A stretch of 62,915 bases of DNA, counting the filler, from Basidiobolus ranarum (Eukaryota), in NCBI GenBank assembly GCA_040143965.1. It is 27 parts of 27 records of this genome, joined end to end, with 100 filler letters (N's around TTAATTAATTAA, not from the genome) between each part and the next. Parts side by side here need not be neighbours in the genome. Positions count along the whole stretch, not along the records: positions 35,086 to 37,317 come from JASJQH010010481.1; positions 37,418 to 39,649 come from JASJQH010010482.1; positions 39,750 to 41,980 come from JASJQH010010483.1; positions 42,081 to 44,309 come from JASJQH010010484.1; positions 44,410 to 46,638 come from JASJQH010010485.1; positions 46,739 to 48,966 come from JASJQH010010486.1; 21 more parts are not named here. One strand, given 5' to 3'. The notes under the pieces are model-generated. The model saw only the letters and a program-made list of their open reading frames with translations, was not told the DNA's origin and did not search any database. Of the stretch, positions 36,343 through 48,836 are shown in pieces (the stretch's first letter is position 1; each line of letters begins with the position of its first letter). The position numbers were made by a program, and so were the translations under genes.

Positions 36343-37161
36343 GTTTTGAAGACTAACCCATTGCTGCAATAGGGGATTGACAACGATTAATGTTCTTCAT
36401 TATGTTTTAGCATAAATGAATCTCATTTTCTCACATCTCATTTTCTCACTAGCAACTGAAACAAAGTTATGATCTGATGAAAAATTTGCCTAGTAAAAGC
36501 TCTCATTGGCTACAACAGCTTGGGTGTATAAAGCTTACATATATTGGATGAAATGCTATCTTTAATAACAGTGTTAGTAATGAAGGTTGAATTGGTGGCA
36601 ATGATTACAGAATAGGCAATTGCACATAGGATAATATGAAGAAATATGTAATTAGCACTTTTTTATAGTTGTGTTAGAGGTGAAGAGAAATATCAATTTC
36701 CTTGTTACATTGTTACTTACTCTTGAGCACGTTGATGATACAAAGGAGAATGATATCAGCAATGACCCTCAGAAAATACTTCTCTTGCCAGGTTTAATGA
36801 GCCAAGATATCTCAACCATGTAAGGTATGAATGATCATTCTAGAGTGCAGAGGTATTTTGCATTTCTACTTGATTATTCCGCATCTAGGATCAAGGCACA
36901 TCTGGGATTGGGTTTATGCTAAGAATATAATTGCAAGTAAAAATTCACTATTTATGCTTCACTACCTCCACACACAAAGAGTAGAATATTGTTAATACAT
37001 ATCTCCGCTAATAGAACCTGTAGGCCCATAATAATAATAAGCTCAGTGTTAATGCTTAAGTGATATGTAATAATATACAGAGTCAAGTCCTTCACAACGA
37101 CTTAGAATATATATCATTCACTTTGTTACTGGCGTGTTCATCTACTGGTGATTGGTATTAA

Positions 37162-37317
37162 CCCTAACAAAAATAAAATCGATTTGATCCAGATCGGATC
37201 CACCCTCCAAAATAGCAAAACCGTCAGAGAACCGTCACAATATCATTGGCTTGCATTCTGCCAGGGATTTTGATGGTGTGACGGTGGTTTCTTGACGGTA
37301 TCTTGGCGGTATTCATA
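37162..37317 (-). mobile_element. CMC-EnSpm end B (CpG-retaining copy)
   Basis: Starts CCCTAACAAAAATAAAATC; also at 40196, 40889, 43016, 43938, 50349, 54480. Confidence 0.8.
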
Positions 37318-37417
37318 NNNNNNNNNNNNNNNNNNNNNNNNNNNNNNNNNNNNNNNNNNNNTTAATTAATTAANNNNNNNNNNNNNNNNNNNNNNNNNNN
37401 NNNNNNNNNNNNNNNNN

Positions 37418-37441
37418 CCCTAACCCTAACCCTAACCCTAA
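37418..37441 (+). repeat. Telomeric repeat (CCCTAA)4 at contig start
   Basis: Four perfect units begin at the contig edge, C-rich strand 5'. Confidence 0.75.
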
Positions 37442-37506
37442 GACTGTGTCCCCCAGCCCCCCTCTTTTGATACTTACCCTCACGTACCCTTACAAGAAAA
37501 TCAAAA

Positions 37507-37784
37507 CCCTAAGTGTTTATCATCCCCCCTAACCCTTTTGTTTAAATTGATAAATAAATATCACACCCTCTGGTGTTTAGCATCTCCCTAACCCCACCTT
37601 TGCCCGTTAACACTATATTTACATTCTCAGAACTTGAATACATTAGTCATCAGGTTAAGTATGGATATGATCCAGTATTGTCACAATATCTTAAAAGATT
37701 AATGTCTTGAATGTGACTTTGTCCAGATTAGGATTTTAGCTAAATAAAGTCCACACCATATGGTGCTTTTCATCCCACCAACCC
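37507..37784 (+). mobile_element. Array of three 5'-truncated telomere-associated element ends
   Basis: Units end at 37535, ~37594 and 37784 in CATCCCCCTAACCC-like motifs shared with 30930, 31402, 39380. Confidence 0.7.
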
Positions 37785-38545
37785 TTTTGCATTGTTTGAG
37801 CACAATAACAGCAACAAAACCCAATTCATGGACTCAGCATAAGTACCTCTATAATTTGGACTAATTGGTTTTTGCGATAATCTGATGGTATTTCTAGGAA
37901 ATCTGCAAGACAGACTTGTTTGTGAGATAGAACAAGATATACAGTATTATTGTTTTAGCCATGGGGTAATCTATTCAAGCAATGATACATCTACTTGTGG
38001 CATGACATTTGTTGACTGCAAATTGGAGTCATTTTGGCTGAATCCTTTACAGAAATTTGCCAAAATCCAAGAGCATATTCTCATTGTGAATGGTAACAAG
38101 AGTGAGCTATTTGTGAAGTATCAGTGCCATTCAACATTTCAGATGTTCAACAGTTTTTCCACCATTAGTTTGTTGGTAAAGCATATTGATGTTGTTGAGT
38201 TATGTCTGATCAGTCAAGTATATGCATATGTAGAGACTAAACACAACAGGATTCTTCAATTTTTTGATTCTCATTATGGCTGAAATACAAAGCCTAAAGT
38301 ATCTAAATGATGGCATGCATATTAATTCAAATTCCTACAGCAGTAAACCCTTTAATTTGCCATTTGAAAATTATATTTTGTGAAAATTGCCAAAAATTAA
38401 ATATTACATGCCAAATATGAAGATCAATATTTTAACATGTATGAATACCATCAAGATACCATCAAGAAGCCACCATCACACCATCAAAATCCCTGGCAGA
38501 ATGCAAGCCACCAATATTGTGACAGTTCTCTATGGTATTACAATA
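37785..38545 (+). mobile_element. CMC-EnSpm distal ORF region near end B
   Basis: ORF 37885-38283 is paralogous to 41174-41614, 50801-51073 and 53754-54194. Confidence 0.75.
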
Positions 38546-38549
38546 AGGC

Positions 38550-39119
38550 ACTTTGTTCTTTTTTGATCTGGAGTAAAACTTTGGTTCTGGATAGTTTTAC
38601 ATTGATTTCTTTTCCTGCAACAGTGTCCCAAAGTCCTTTTTCTTGCAGCAGCATTTTCATTTTGGTTTTGCAAACTTGAAAATTGGTTGCATCCAATTTT
38701 TCAGAGGAGGGTAAAGTTTAATAAATTTGAGAAGGAGCAATAACAGAGAGTGCAAGCTTGGGGTTCATAACCTGTTAAAGTATTTGGGAGCCTGTTGGAA
38801 GTGGTTTGGAGAATCAGAGAAATTGGTGGTTTCACTTGTTGATTTATTGAGGAGAAAGTTGCCAATTATAGTTTTGTCAAGATCTAAATAAACTAATATG
38901 TAGAATGCTTGAAGAAAGGTCCCAGGAACATGTGTGCAAAGTTAGGGGCTTCTAGCACAAGTTTAAAAAATCTTTTCATATGAGAACTTCTAAGTTTATA
39001 AAAATATTCAAAGTAAATTCCAATTGAGAATAATAGATAAATTCTTAGTGGAATATATAACAACTAAGTACTAAGCTAAATATGACTATATAGGTGTATA
39101 GGCAATGCTAATTTCAACA
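38550..39119 (-). mobile_element. Copia family A 5' LTR (38773-39119), PBS GGTTATGAACCC and gag start
   Basis: Minus strand LTR end CA is followed by GGTTATGAACCC, then EKLDATNFQVCKTKMKMLLQEKGLWDTV. Confidence 0.85.
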
Positions 39120-39749
39120 ATTGAATCCTGATTATTTTGGGTTTTTGTCCTATTGCCCATTTGGTTTGTACTGAGTATCTTCCTTTCTGCTTACCACCTG
39201 TGCCCCTTAACACTATATTTACAGCCACAGAACTGCATTACATTGGACATCAAGTTAAGCATGGATATGATCCAGTTTTGTCTCAATATCTTACAGGACT
39301 GATATCTTGATTGTCACTTTGTTTAAATCAGTATATAAGCTAAATAAAGTCCACACCACCTGGTGCTTTCCATCCCCCCAGTGTTAGGGGATATACCAAG
39401 ATTTGCTTTGAATATCAGGGTAGATGGATACTGGCAAACTTTTGATTATCGATCAATACAACATCTAGTAAGCAAAGATAAGGTTTGAACTAACTCTAAC
39501 CCTTAGTGAGTAAAAAGGAAGAATATTGCATGTGACAAAGATATTGTATTGATTAGCTATAAGAGTGGCTCACAATAATTCTACATATCTAGCCCATTTA
39601 GCTAACTTGTTTAGCTAGCTCATCTCATAGCTTTTGCATGTAACTAACANNNNNNNNNNNNNNNNNNNNNNNNNNNNNNNNNNNNNNNNNNNNTTAATTA
39701 ATTAANNNNNNNNNNNNNNNNNNNNNNNNNNNNNNNNNNNNNNNNNNNN

Positions 39750-40195
39750 TCTCCCTCAACTAAATAGTCATATCAATTAGTCCTTGGGAATCTTAAATTA
39801 TCTCAAACTTCTGCCTGGCAATGGTTTGATTAATATATCAGCAACCACTTCCTCTGTCAAACAATACATTTAGTGCATAAACTTATTCTCTATAATCTCT
39901 CTTTTAATATAATGTCGAATATCTGTATATTCACTTTGGGTACAAAACATGGGATTATTAGTAAATTTGATACAACTTGTTATCTTGGAATATTGTAGTG
40001 GGTGAGCTTTGAGAACAGCCCAAATCTGTTCAAAGCTTTCTTCACCAAATTCCTGTTTTTATTGCTTCACAAGCAGCCATGTATTTTGCTTTTGGTGTTG
40101 AAAGTGCTACAGTGGTCTGTTTCTTTGATTTCCAAGAAATGGCTCCATTATAGCAAAGAAATATGTATCCTTTTGTAGATCTCTTGTATTCAATA
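39750..40195 (-). mobile_element. Copia RNase H end with PPT, degenerate
   Basis: AISWKSKKQTTVALSTPKAKY motif; TTGAGGGAGA tract at the contig edge. Confidence 0.85.
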
Positions 40196-41980
40196 CCCTA
40201 GCAAAAATAAAATAGAATTGATCTGGATTGGATCCACCCTTCTGAAGCGCAAAACTATCAGAGGACCATTACAATATTGGTGGCTTGTATTTTGCCAGAT
40301 ATCTTGTTGTGACATGGTGGCTCCCTAATACTATTTTGATGGTAATTGTACATGGTGAAATTTTGATCCTCATACTTGGCATGTGTTATTTAATTTCCTA
40401 CAATTTTTGGAAAAAACCAATTTTCAAATGTCAAATTGCTGGGCTTACTGCTATAGGATTTCAAATTACCATGCATGCCTGTATTTAGATATTTTAGGCT
40501 TTGTATTCCAGCCATAATGAGAATCAAAAAATGTAAGAATCTTGTCATGTTTAGTCTCTACATATGCACATACTTGACTGGTCAGACCTAATTCAACAAC
40601 ATCAATATGCTTTACCAGCAAACTAATGGTGGAAAAAATTGCTAAACATCTGAAATTTAGAGTAGCACTGACATTTGGTGCATAGCTCACTCTTGTTGCC
40701 ATTGGTGATGAGAATAAGCTCTTGGATTCTGGCAAAATTCAATAAAGAATCCAGCCAAACTATCCCTAACTTGCAGTCAACAAATGTCTGGCCACATGTA
40801 GATATGTTATTGCTTCAATAGATTACCTCATGGCTAAGAGGCTAATACCCCATATTTCATTCTTTCTCACCAAGAAGTCTGTCTTGAACCTTAACAAAAA
40901 TAAAATCAATTTGATCAGGATTGGATCCACCCTCTGAAATAGCAAAACTATCAGAGAACCATAACAATATTGGTGGCTTGCATTCTGCCAGGGATTTTGA
41001 TGGTGTGATGGTGGTTTCTTAATGGTATTTTGATGGTATTCATATATGTTAAAATATTAATCCTCAAATTTGGCATGCATTATTCAACATCTGGCAATTT
41101 TTGCAATATATAATTTTTGAATGGCAAATTACTAGGTTTACTGCTGTAGGAATTTGAATTAATATGCTTGCCTTTATTTAGATATTTTAGGCTTTGTATT
41201 CCAGCCATAATGAGAATCAAAAAATACAAGAATCTTGTTGTATTTAGTCTCTACATATACACATACTTGACTAACTAGACATAACTCAACAACATCAATA
41301 TGCTTTACCAGCAAACTAACGGTAGAAAAATTGCTAAACATCAGAAATTTTGAATGGCATTGACACTTGGCAAATAGCTGACACTTGTTACCATTCACAA
41401 TGAGAATAAGCTCTTGGATTTTGGCAAATTTCCATAAAGAATTCAGCCAATATATCCCAAACTTGCAGTCAACAAATGTCCTGCCACAAGTAGATGTGTC
41501 ATTGCTTGAATAGATTACCCCATGGCTAAAGCAATAATACTGTGAATCTTGATATATCTCACCAAGAAGTCTGTCTTGCAGCTTTCCTAAAAATACCATC
41601 AGATTATCACACAAGCAAGTTAGTCTGATTATAGAGGTACTTACTGTGTGACTCTGGATTGGGCTTTGTTGCTGTTATTGTGCTCAAACAATGCAAAAAC
41701 CTGTGAGCACATTGAAAAGAGCCCTCTGTTGGCAGGTTAATATACTCTGGAGTCTCCTTAACCTATTGCATTACATCCGTCACTGATTTTGCTGATACAT
41801 TGTTAATCAGATTAGCATATGGTAATACTGACAACTTCACACAGAGTATCATTTACTGCAGGTGTGCTCCATTGGGAACTCCCAGATTGTATAGCAAGGG
41901 CCTATAATCTCTAAGCATTGTGAAAGATGCAGCAGGGAATGTATTGAATACCAGCATAGATTAAGTCCATCTTGTTTAAC
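40196..41980 (-). mobile_element. Two nested CMC-EnSpm end-B copies (termini 40196, 40889)
   Basis: Repeated terminus plus distal ORF; the first copy is interrupted by the second. Confidence 0.8.
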
Positions 41981-42080
41981 NNNNNNNNNNNNNNNNNNNN
42001 NNNNNNNNNNNNNNNNNNNNNNNNTTAATTAATTAANNNNNNNNNNNNNNNNNNNNNNNNNNNNNNNNNNNNNNNNNNNN

Positions 42081-42868
42081 CCCAAATACATGAGCCCCAG
42101 ACTGTAAAAGAGGCCCTAAATGGCTCTCAAATGAAATTTTGGAGATCTACAATGGCTGATGAGTCTGAGGCAGAAGCTGAATACATTGCTGCCTGTGAAG
42201 CAATGAATGAACTGATATGGTTAAGAAAACTCCTAACAGACTTGAGGTATTCCCAAAATTCACCAACTACAATATTTCATGATAATCAAAGTTGTATCAA
42301 ATTAGCTAAAAATCCCATGTTTCATAATAGAAGCAAACATATAGATGTTAAGCATCACATCAATAGAGAGACTGTAGAGAATAAGTTTTTTAACTTAAGT
42401 TATTGTTCTATGGAGACATGATTGCTGATATATTAAACAAGCCATTAGCTAGACAGATATTTGAGAAATTTACACCTTCATTAAGATTAGTTTATATGAC
42501 TATTTAGCTGAGAGAGAATGTTGAAATTAGCATTGCCTAAGCATCTATATAGTCATATATAACTTAGTACTTAGTTATCTTATAATCCACTTGGATATTA
42601 TGAATTATTCTCAATTGGAACTTGCTTGGATTATACTTACCAACTTAGAAGTTCTCAGATATGTAGATTTTTCAAACTTGGGCTAGAAGCCCCAAACTTT
42701 GCACACATGTTCCTGGGACCTTCCTTAACATATTCTACATGTTTGTTTGTTTGGTTACATCTTGACAAAACTATAAATGTCAACTTTTTACTCAGTAAAT
42801 CAATAAGTGAAAATCACCAATTCCTCTAATTCTCCAAACCACTTCCAACAGGCTCTCATATATTTTGG
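42081..42868 (+). mobile_element. Internally deleted Copia pol end, PPT and family A 3' LTR (from 42519)
   Basis: EAEYIAACEA..DNQSCIKLAKNPMFHNRSKHIDVKHH; CTGAGAGAGAA then TGTTGAAATTAGC. Confidence 0.85.
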
Positions 42869-43015
42869 CAGTTTTTCACTGATTATTTTATTGAGAGGAA
42901 AGTTGGCATTTTTGGTCTGGTCAAGATGTAAACAAACAAACATGTGGAATATGTTAAGCAAGGTCCCAGGAACATGTGTGCAAAGTTTGGGGCCTCTAGC
43001 ACCAGTGTGAATAAA

Positions 43016-44309
43016 CCCTGGCAAAAATAAAATTGATTTGATCCGGATTGGATCCACCCTCCAAGAGAGCAAAACTGTCAGAGAACCATCACAATATTAG
43101 TGACTTGCATTCTGCCAGGGATTTTGATAGTGTGATGGTGGTTTCCTGACTGTATTCTGATGGTATTCATACATGTTAAAATATTGATCCTGAAATTTGG
43201 CATGCGTTATTCAATATCCAGCAATTTTGCAAACTATAATTTTCAATGGCAAATTACTGGGTTTAATGCTGTAGGACTTCAAATTAATATGCATGCCTTT
43301 ATTGAGATATTTTAGGCTGTGTATTCCAGCCATAATGAGAATCTAAAAACACCAGAATCTTGTTCTGTTTAGTCTCTACACATGTACGTACTTGACTGAT
43401 TAGACGTGACTCAACAACATCACTATGCTTTACCCACAAACTAATGGTGGAAAAATTGCTAAATATCTGAAATTTTGAATAGCACTGACACTTGGCAAAT
43501 AGCTGACTCATGTTACAGTTCACAATGAGAATAAGCTCTTGGATTTTGGCAAATTGCTATAAAGAATTCAGCCAATATATCCCCAATTTGCAGCCCACAA
43601 ATGTCCTGCCCCAAGTAGCTGTGTCATTGCTTGAATAGACTACCTCACGGCTAAAACATTAATACTGCATATCTCCACCTATCTCACCAAGAAGTCTGTC
43701 TTGCAGCTTTCCTAAAAATACTGTCAGATTTTCACACAAGCAAATTAGTCCAAATATAGAGGTACTTATTCTGTGTCCATGGGTTGGGCTTTGTTGCTGT
43801 TATTGTGCTCAAACAATGCAAAAACCCATCAGGACATTGAAAAGAGCCCATTGTTGGCAGGTGAATATACTCTGGAATCTCCTTAACCCATTGCATTGCA
43901 TCCATCACTGATTTTGCTGATACATTGTTGATCAGATCCCTAACAAAAATAAAATTGATTTGATCTGGATTGGATCCACCCTCCAAAATAGCAAAACCAT
44001 CAGAGAACCATCACAATATTGCTGGCTTGCATTCTGCCAGGGATTTTGATGGTGTGACAGCGGTTTCTTGACGGTTTCTTGACGGTATTCATACATGTTA
44101 AAATATTGATCCTCAAATTTGGCATGCGTTTTTCAATTGCCAGCAACTTTTGCAAAAATATAATTTTCAAATGGCAAATTACTGGGTTTACTGCTGTTGG
44201 AATTCGAATTAATATGCATGCCTTTATTTAGATATTTTAGGCTTTGTATTCCAGCCATAATGAGAATCAAAAAATACAAGAATCTCGTTGTGTTTAGTCT
44301 CTACATATG
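43016..44309 (-). mobile_element. Two nested CMC-EnSpm end-B copies (termini 43016, 43938)
   Basis: Same arrangement as 40196-41980. Confidence 0.8.
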
Positions 44310-44409
44310 NNNNNNNNNNNNNNNNNNNNNNNNNNNNNNNNNNNNNNNNNNNNTTAATTAATTAANNNNNNNNNNNNNNNNNNNNNNNNNNNNNNNNNNN
44401 NNNNNNNNN

Positions 44410-45398
44410 TTAAGCTTCCAGTAAATATAAATTCAGCTTAGCTGAAGATTTGTAGTGGAATATTAGTCTTTTCATTTTAAAGATTGATAACACACCCCCA
44501 TTCCACACTACAACGTTGCACATCTGCTGCACCTGCCTGAGATCTGCCAATGTGAGTTCAAGCCATAAGAATGTATTAACAATATCCACAAACAACTCCC
44601 AATGTTGCCAATAATTATCAGGCAGAAATCCATTAAAGATTACAGTTCAATATATACAAATCCAATACTTCAAGTCTTTGCATTTGAATAAATGCTAGAT
44701 GAGTGGATATTGTTGAGAGTCCTGATAAGATATGATGTTATCTTGACATTTTCATAAATTTTCCAAATCAATTCAAACTTTGATCTTATCTCAGATGGCT
44801 CATTTATGTTGAGCTTTTTACTATATAGCTGAGTATTTATAACTGGAATGCTGTTGAATAGAAAGTGCATAGAGCCTAATGTGAAGCTCTGGCTTCAGCT
44901 GATTCCATTTAGCAATATAATATTATGCTTATGGCTAATACCAAGTTTGATATTAGACTGACTATTTGATGAATTGATATTAGTGAACAAGTTCAAATCT
45001 GACCCAGCTCTTGATATTAAAATCATGGAGTATAGTTTTGTATTTGGATAGTAGTAATGCAAATTGCTGGTGGAGTGCACTCCTTTGATTTGAGAAAATC
45101 TACATCAAGAGAGTGCATTGTACCCAAGAAAACCTCCAAGTTTACTGATGGCAGGAGTGTCACCAATACATAAAATGATATCAGCTTTCATAAAATACTT
45201 GCATATTTAAACCATATTACATAACTGTTCAAATTCCACAATCAAAGGCTCCAAGAAGTTATCTATAAGCCCTGGTGATTTAGATACAGATATGATGGAT
45301 AGTATCACGATATTATGACTCTTATACTATTCAGAAGGAAGAACATTTAAGTTAGTTAAAATTATTGGCCAGCAAGCCTTTCAAATGGTATATTTGTT
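44410..45398 (-). mobile_element. CMC-EnSpm transposase core, degenerate
   Basis: Manual translation KADIILCIGDTPAISKLGGFLGYNALS..C, HIRLYALSIQ, YWICIY..WQHWELFVDIVNTFL, typical of fungal EnSpm/Transposase_21-like proteins. Confidence 0.75.
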
Positions 45399-46638
45399 CC
45401 ATAACAGAAATTCAAGGATTTTTATTGCAGGAAAACCATCACAATTTTAATCCATCTGGAATTGACCATTAGCTTACCATTATAAAATTTTCAACTTGTA
45501 TTTGCTTTTAATCAATTTTTTCAGTTTGAGAGGTGAAATTTCAAGAGCTTGCAAAATAGTTGCACATGATTCACTTGTAAAATCCCTAATTTCTTCAATA
45601 TATTCTCCTGAATATTTTTATAGAGTTCTTCATACCCAAGGTTTAGCTCACATCAAACACAAGTTGGCATCAATATCTCCATCCAAACCCACCTTTGTAT
45701 TAACATTACTAAATCAACATTGTTCCAGCTATCTGGCAGATACCCTGCAATACTGTGCCACTCTGTATTAAGTTCTTCTCAGATATCTGCATGGTTAACC
45801 CAGACTGAATGTCAAGTTGAATGTTCTTCTTTGAAAGCCACTTCCTGTATACTTGCACTGTGTTTTTGCCTTCATACTTTTGAAAATACCTCTCAAGCAC
45901 TTTGACTATTTTTATATGTCCTTGTAGTGTGTCACTTCTGAGGGTGCTTTGTGATGTTGGTGCCACTTTTTGCTTGCCTTTAAGTTTGGGCTAATTTTAA
46001 CACTTTGAAAAGTACCAGTTGAGGTTGGAGAGCCATGAGTTTTATTTGCTGGTGTTTTGGTTGTTGAGTGGTGATGTTGGATCAACTTCCAAATTTAGCA
46101 CTCTTCCAACTGGTATACCAGGTTCCATGCTGAAGTTAAGCTCTTTTCCCAGTATATCTGACTCTGGAAATATAGATGTTTGTAATAGTGTGAAGAATTC
46201 AGTAATTGGTACAGTAGAGCCTAATCTCACTTGCTCCTTTGGTTTTCCCTTTGGTTTACTAAATTCCTGCTCCTTGAATACATATTTTGCTGGTTTGCTT
46301 TCTTTTCCATATCAATAATTGCATACAATTTTGAGATATTTCATCAATAGGCCTGTACTAGCCCAACTACCATTTGATTGCAAAAACTCATGATAAGCCA
46401 CATGAAATAAGTCAAGTACCTTCAGAGTAACGCCTGGTTTTTGGTTTTTCCATGAGTTGCTCAAATCCAGGTGATTTCAGGCCAGATTCCACACAGTTTC
46501 CATAATGTTAAACCACTCATCATCAGAGCAAGTGACAGCAGCTCTGACATTCAGAGCCTTTTGGTTTGCTGGTTTTCCTATGAGATTTCTACTTTCATGT
46601 GCCCAAGCAATTTTGGGTCATTATGTAGGCTTAATGGT
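45399..46638 (-). mobile_element. CMC-EnSpm end A and accessory ORF inserted in the transposase of another copy
   Basis: CCATAACAGAAATTCAAGG terminus variant, then sequence matching 25748-27139 reversed. Confidence 0.75.
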
Positions 46639-47017
46639 NNNNNNNNNNNNNNNNNNNNNNNNNNNNNNNNNNNNNNNNNNNNTTAATTAATTAANNNNNN
46701 NNNNNNNNNNNNNNNNNNNNNNNNNNNNNNNNNNNNNNTAATTTATGATACATCTATCAGCAACAGCAAGCTACGTTTCTATAGCCCCCATATTCTAAAT
46801 AGGAATATCTCTATATCTATATAACAAGTATGTCTTCTTACCCCCACTTATCTATTATATCTTATTACACAAAACTCCTGAATTTCTCAGACAATTGATT
46901 TACTTTTCTACTGTATAAGTCACCATATACTCATAAGAATAAACTAACTAAAACACACTATCATAAGTTGCTTCTAATACTCAAAGTCTACCCCCATTAT
47001 GTCGAGATCCTCCAACA

Positions 47018-47824
47018 CTTTTGCTCCTGTAGCAAAGTTTAATTCAATTAGATTGATTTTAGCAATTTCAGCTAAAAATCAGTTTATTATACATCAAATG
47101 AATGTTAAAACAGCCTTTTTGAATGGTGAGCTTGCTGAAGAGATCTATATGGACCAACCAGATGGATTTGTCAACCCAGAAAACCCTAAACAAGTTTGCA
47201 GAGTCTGGAAAACACTCTATGGCTTAAAACAATCTCCAAGAGCTTGGAATAGCAAGTTAGAAGCTTTTTTGGAAATACTCAAATTCCCAATGAGTAATGC
47301 TGACTATAGTATCTACTTGGGGCCAGGTAAGACAAACCCAGTTTTATTAGCCCTATATGTAGATGATCTTATTATAGCAACCAATGACTTGAAGACTTTG
47401 GAGAAAACCAAATCCAGCTTATCTGCCAAATTAAAAACAACTGATCTTGGCAAACTGACGTACTATCTTGGAATCCAAATTAAGATAGATAGAACTACCA
47501 AAACAATAACTCTAAGCCAGTCTAAGCATATCCTAGATATACTAAAGAAGTTCAAAATGGAAGAATGTAATCTAGTTTCTACCTAAATGGAGACAAATCT
47601 TAACTTGACAAAAAATGGCTCAAATCAGACGTTCTTGAATTCAAATGAAAGCCAGAAATTTCCTCATCAATCTAAGGTTTGTAGTTTGATGTATATCATG
47701 GTTTAAACATGGCCAAATACTGCATATTCTGTGGGAATTATGTGCCAATATCTTCAAAATCATGGATCTGATCAAGTCATAGCAGTTAAGTGGATTTTCA
47801 GATATTTGAAAGGTACTGTGGATC
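47018..47824 (+). mobile_element. Copia RT fragment preceded by family B LTR (to 47017)
   Basis: TFAPVAKFNSIRLILA, LYGLKQSPRAWN, ALYVDDLII. Confidence 0.92.
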
Positions 47825-48836
47825 TGTTAAAGTATTTGGGAGCCTGTTGAAAGTGGTTTGGAGAATTAGAGAAATTGGTGGTTTTCACTTATTGATTTAT
47901 TGAGTAGAAGGTTGACATTTATAGTTTTGTCAAGATGTAAACAAACTAACATGTAGAATGTGTTAGGGAAGGTCCCAGGAACATGTGTTCAAAGTTTGGG
48001 GCTTCTAGCACAAGTTTGAGAAATCTATATATCTGAGAACTTCTAAGTTGGTAAAAATATTCTAAGTAAATTCCAATTGAGGATAATTGATAATATCTTA
48101 GTGAATTATAAGATAACTAAGTACTAAGCTATATATGACTATATAGGTGCTTAGGCAATGCTAATTTCAACACTCTCCCTCAACTAAATAGTCATATAAA
48201 CTAAGCCTAGTAAAGATCTAAATTTCTCAAATTTCTGTCTAGCTAATGGTTTGGTTAGTATATCAGCAATCATGTCTTCTGTAGAACAATAAGTTAAGAT
48301 AATAAACTTATTCTCTATAGTCTCTCTAATGAAGTGAAGCTTAATATCTATGTGTTTGCTTCTTTTATGAAACATGGGATTTTTAGCTAATTTGATACAA
48401 CTTTGATCATCTTGAAATATTGTAGTTGGAGAATTTTCAGAATAGCCCAAATCTGTTAAGAGTTTTCTTTACCATATTGCTATGTTTGTTGCTTCACAGG
48501 CAGCCATGTATTCAGCTTCTGTTGTGGAAAGTGCTACAGTAGGTTGTTTTGTTGAATTCCAAGAAATAGCTCCATTACAGTAAAGAAATAAGTATCCTGT
48601 TGTAGATCTCTTGTATTCAATATCTCTTCCCCAATTTGCATCTGAATATCCCATCAGATCAAAGTTTGAGTCAGAATAGGTGTATTTTAAACATAGATCC
48701 AGAGTACCTTTCAAATATCTGACAATCTGCTTAACTGCTACAATTTGATCAGATCCATAATTTTGAAGATATTGGCACTTAACTCCCACAGAATATGCAA
48801 TATCTCGCCATATTCTAACCATGATATACATCAAAC
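47825..48836 (-). mobile_element. Copia family A RNase H, PPT and 3' LTR (47825-48172)
   Basis: GYSDANWG, VALSTTEAEYMA, MIADILTKPL; PPT TTGAGGGAGAG directly before TGTTGAAATTAGC. Confidence 0.92.
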
